Below are positions 61,862 to 64,000 of a stretch of DNA of 64,000 nt, piece after piece. The stretch is taken from assembly GCA_934434555.1 (NCBI GenBank), contig CAKRZX010000013.1, positions 608 to 64,607 on the forward strand, in the 5' to 3' direction. How positions within the stretch are numbered: position 1 is the stretch's first letter; each line of letters opens with the position of its first letter. Origin of the DNA: an uncultured Clostridia bacterium (lineage in GTDB: Bacteria > Bacillota > Clostridia > Christensenellales > QALW01). A program made the position numbers and the translations under genes. The notes beneath the pieces were generated by a model. That model was not told the DNA's origin. It made no database searches and was given only the letters and a program-made list of their open reading frames with translations.

Positions 61862-62350
61862 ATGCACAACACGTGTTCTTTTTTCGGTCACAGGAAAATT
61901 GAAAAAAACGAAAAGTTGAAATCGGAATTGAAAAAAGTGATTCTTGAACTGATTACGGAAAAAAATGTAGATACATTTCTTTTCGGAAGCAGAAGCGAGT
62001 TTGATGAACTGTGCTACGAAACGGTCAGCGAAATGAAAGACTTATATCCGCATATCAGGCGCGTTTACGTTCGGGCGGAGTACCCGTATATAGACGAAGA
62101 GTACCGAAACTATCTTCTTAAAAGTTATGAAGATACGTATTATCCCGAAAGAATTGTCGGCGCGGGCAAGGCGGTGTATGCGGAGCGCAATTATGAAATG
62201 GTCGATAAAAGCGCAATTTGCGTCGTTTACTTATGCGGGCAGACAAAATATAAAAGCGGAACCAAAATGGCTGCGGATTACGCACAAAGAAAAGGTAAGG
62301 AAGTTATTTACATCGGCAATGCAACATCGATTTCAACGGATTTGTGTTGA
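61862..62350 (+). CDS. DUF1273 / SLOG-family (YoqJ-like) protein
   Basis: FFGHRKI...VDTFLFGSRSEFDELC resembles the DUF1273 pattern as I recall it. Confidence 0.55.
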   Translation: MHNTCSFFGHRKIEKNEKLKSELKKVILELITEKNVDTFLFGSRSEFDELCYETVSEMKDLYPHIRRVYVRAEYPYIDEEYRNYLLKSYEDTYYPERIVGAGKAVYAERNYEMVDKSAICVVYLCGQTKYKSGTKMAADYAQRKGKEVIYIGNATSISTDLC

Positions 62351-62429
62351 CATTATTAAGAAAATGTGATATCATACTGCGTGGTCAAAAAATATTCTGC
62401 ATAAATCAATTTACATCGGAAGTATTATA

Positions 62430-64000
62430 ATGAAGTCAACTTACCGCTCGGCGCACGAAAACATAACACAGTTAAGGCATATCCGCTGGACCCTCATATG
62501 GTACGATTTGGCGGTTTATCTCTTTATAGCCATGTGGATTATTTTTTTCACTTCCGGCGGCGATTTGCTTTCGGTAAACGGCAAAATCTATCAAATTGCC
62601 CTTGCGGGTGTATTCTGTTTTGTTTTTCGCTTTATTTTCAACGTTTATCGGCAGATTTGGCGCTACGGCGGCATTCAAACCTATATAAGGCTTCTCGTTT
62701 CCGACTTCTGCGCCTACGTTTGCTACTATATTGCACAGTCGCTTATTCCCGTTTGGCATTTGCCTTTTGCAACATCTTTAAGCGTTTCGTGCCTTACTTT
62801 GCTGGCGGCGCTTTCAATGCGCATGGTTTACAGGTATGCCTATAAGTGCTGCAAAACCGAAACGCCAATAGGCAAAATAATGAGTGTGCTTATAACGATT
62901 TTTGCGGGGAACACGGTCAAACTTGAAGAGGGACCGAAAGTAAATAAAATCAACGTTGCCATTATCGGTGCGGGCAGAGTGGGTGTTACTCTTGCCGAGG
63001 AACTTCTCAACAACAAAAATTCCGCTTATATTCCCAGATGTTTTGTAGACGTTTCGCCGGCAAAGGTGGGAAGAGAGGTTTTCGGACTTCACGTGCTTGA
63101 CGAAAAGTCCGCCACAGGTGACGTGTTACGGGAATTTGATATTCACGAGGTAATTTTTGCGCTGCCGCAGATGTCATCGGAAGAAAAACTTAAACTTTAC
63201 GAACATTATAAAGGAATGGGCTGTAAAGTTAAGGTGTACGATTTTCCCACAATCCGTCAGGAAGGTTCGGGAAAACGTCATTTGCGCGAGTTTGACATAG
63301 AAGAACTGCTTTTCAGAAAGCCGATTATGGTAATCAACGGCGAAACAAACCGCTTTTACGAAAACAAAACCGTACTGATTACGGGCGGCGGCGGTTCAAT
63401 AGGCAGCGAACTCTGCCGTCAGTGCGCCAAAATGAACCCGAAACAGATAGTGGTGCTTGATATCTACGAAAACGGCGCATACGATATTCAACAGGAACTC
63501 CGAATCGTTTACGGCGAAAAACTCAATCTTGCCGTTGAGATTGTTTCGGTGTGTAATTTTGCAGGGCTTGAACGGGTGTTTTCAACGTACCGTCCCGATG
63601 TTGTTATCTGCGCCGCAGCGCATAAACACGTGCCTTTAATGGAACACAACTGCTGCGAGGCGGTGGAAAACAACATTTTCGGCACTCTTAATACCGTTGA
63701 ACTTGCCGAAAAATACGGCGCCGAACGGGTAATGATGGTTTCAACCGATAAGGCGGTAAATCCCACGAATATTATGGGCGCGACAAAACGCGTCTGTGAA
63801 ATGATTGTTCAAAGCCACAGCAAAAGCAGCAATACCACAACTTACAGCGCCACAAGATTCGGAAACGTGCTCGGCAGTGCCGGAAGCGTTATTCCTCTGT
63901 TCAAAAAGCAGATTCTCGCCGGCGGTCCCGTCACACTTACCGACAGGCGGATTATCAGGTACTTTATGACTATTCCCGAGGCAAGCCAACTTGTTTTGCA
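62430..64000 (+). CDS. Polysaccharide biosynthesis protein, CapD/WbpM/PglF-like membrane-bound nucleotide-sugar 4,6-dehydratase (3' end beyond window)
   Basis: The frame is open from ATG 62430 to the window end, so it is absent from the ORF track. It has four N-terminal TM helices, NVAIIGAGRVG, VLITGGGGSIGSEL, STDKAVNPTNIMGATKR and RFGNVLGS. Confidence 0.85.
   Translation, partial: MKSTYRSAHENITQLRHIRWTLIWYDLAVYLFIAMWIIFFTSGGDLLSVNGKIYQIALAGVFCFVFRFIFNVYRQIWRYGGIQTYIRLLVSDFCAYVCYYIAQSLIPVWHLPFATSLSVSCLTLLAALSMRMVYRYAYKCCKTETPIGKIMSVLITIFAGNTVKLEEGPKVNKINVAIIGAGRVGVTLAEELLNNKNSAYIPRCFVDVSPAKVGREVFGLHVLDEKSATGDVLREFDIHEVIFALPQMSSEEKLKLYEHYKGMGCKVKVYDFPTIRQEGSGKRHLREFDIEELLFRKPIMVINGETNRFYENKTVLITGGGGSIGSELCRQCAKMNPKQIVVLDIYENGAYDIQQELRIVYGEKLNLAVEIVSVCNFAGLERVFSTYRPDVVICAAAHKHVPLMEHNCCEAVENNIFGTLNTVELAEKYGAERVMMVSTDKAVNPTNIMGATKRVCEMIVQSHSKSSNTTTYSATRFGNVLGSAGSVIPLFKKQILAGGPVTLTDRRIIRYFMTIPEASQLVL

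Noticed and set aside
62498-62845. A 115-aa plus-strand ORF and minus-strand ORFs at 62472-63092.
   Set aside because: They overlap, in other frames, the long open frame from 62430 to the window end, which has unmistakable CapD/WbpM motifs.

Overview
This is a 64-kb chromosomal window from a spore-forming Firmicute. Gene content looks Clostridia-like: spoVAC/AD/AEb, feoAAB, a DUF2325-DUF3793-flavodoxin cluster and pst-phoU plus a two-component system. I support about 70 coding genes, 2 tRNAs, no rRNA and no CRISPR.

The left 29 kb is largely accessory:
1. 1-7.4 kb is the right end of an integrated element. It carries a sortase-anchored surface protein, a sigma-like HTH protein, an orphan MazF and three consecutive serine-recombinase-family genes.
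2. 7.8-9.45 kb holds a tyrosine recombinase gene bracketed by three copies of a 19-bp repeat, two direct and one inverted.
3. 9.6-18.6 kb is my top candidate for an undescribed system: a sortase-independent, SipW-dependent heteropolymeric fibre that displays an adhesin. It is a tetR-sipW operon encoding six paralogous TasA/camelysin-like proteins with SipW-type signal peptides, a 1080-aa multidomain adhesin with two Cys/His clusters, and a seventh, membrane-anchored paralogue. No sortase is present.
4. 21.48-28.69 kb is a roughly 7.2-kb inovirus-like (filamentous phage) prophage integrated in tRNA-Lys(CTT). It has exact 45-bp att repeats.

The remainder is mostly housekeeping, with several local oddities:
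- A rGTTAGC-N4-GCTAACy operator occurs three times upstream of feoAAB and once upstream of the flavodoxin cluster.
- A MITE-like 259-bp in-frame insertion interrupts the DUF2325 gene.
- Three tandem copies of a 129/130-bp repeat lie between phoU and the response regulator.
- An XRE/DUF1273 module is tandemly duplicated and partly decayed.

All functional calls rest on motif recognition by eye. No database search was run.
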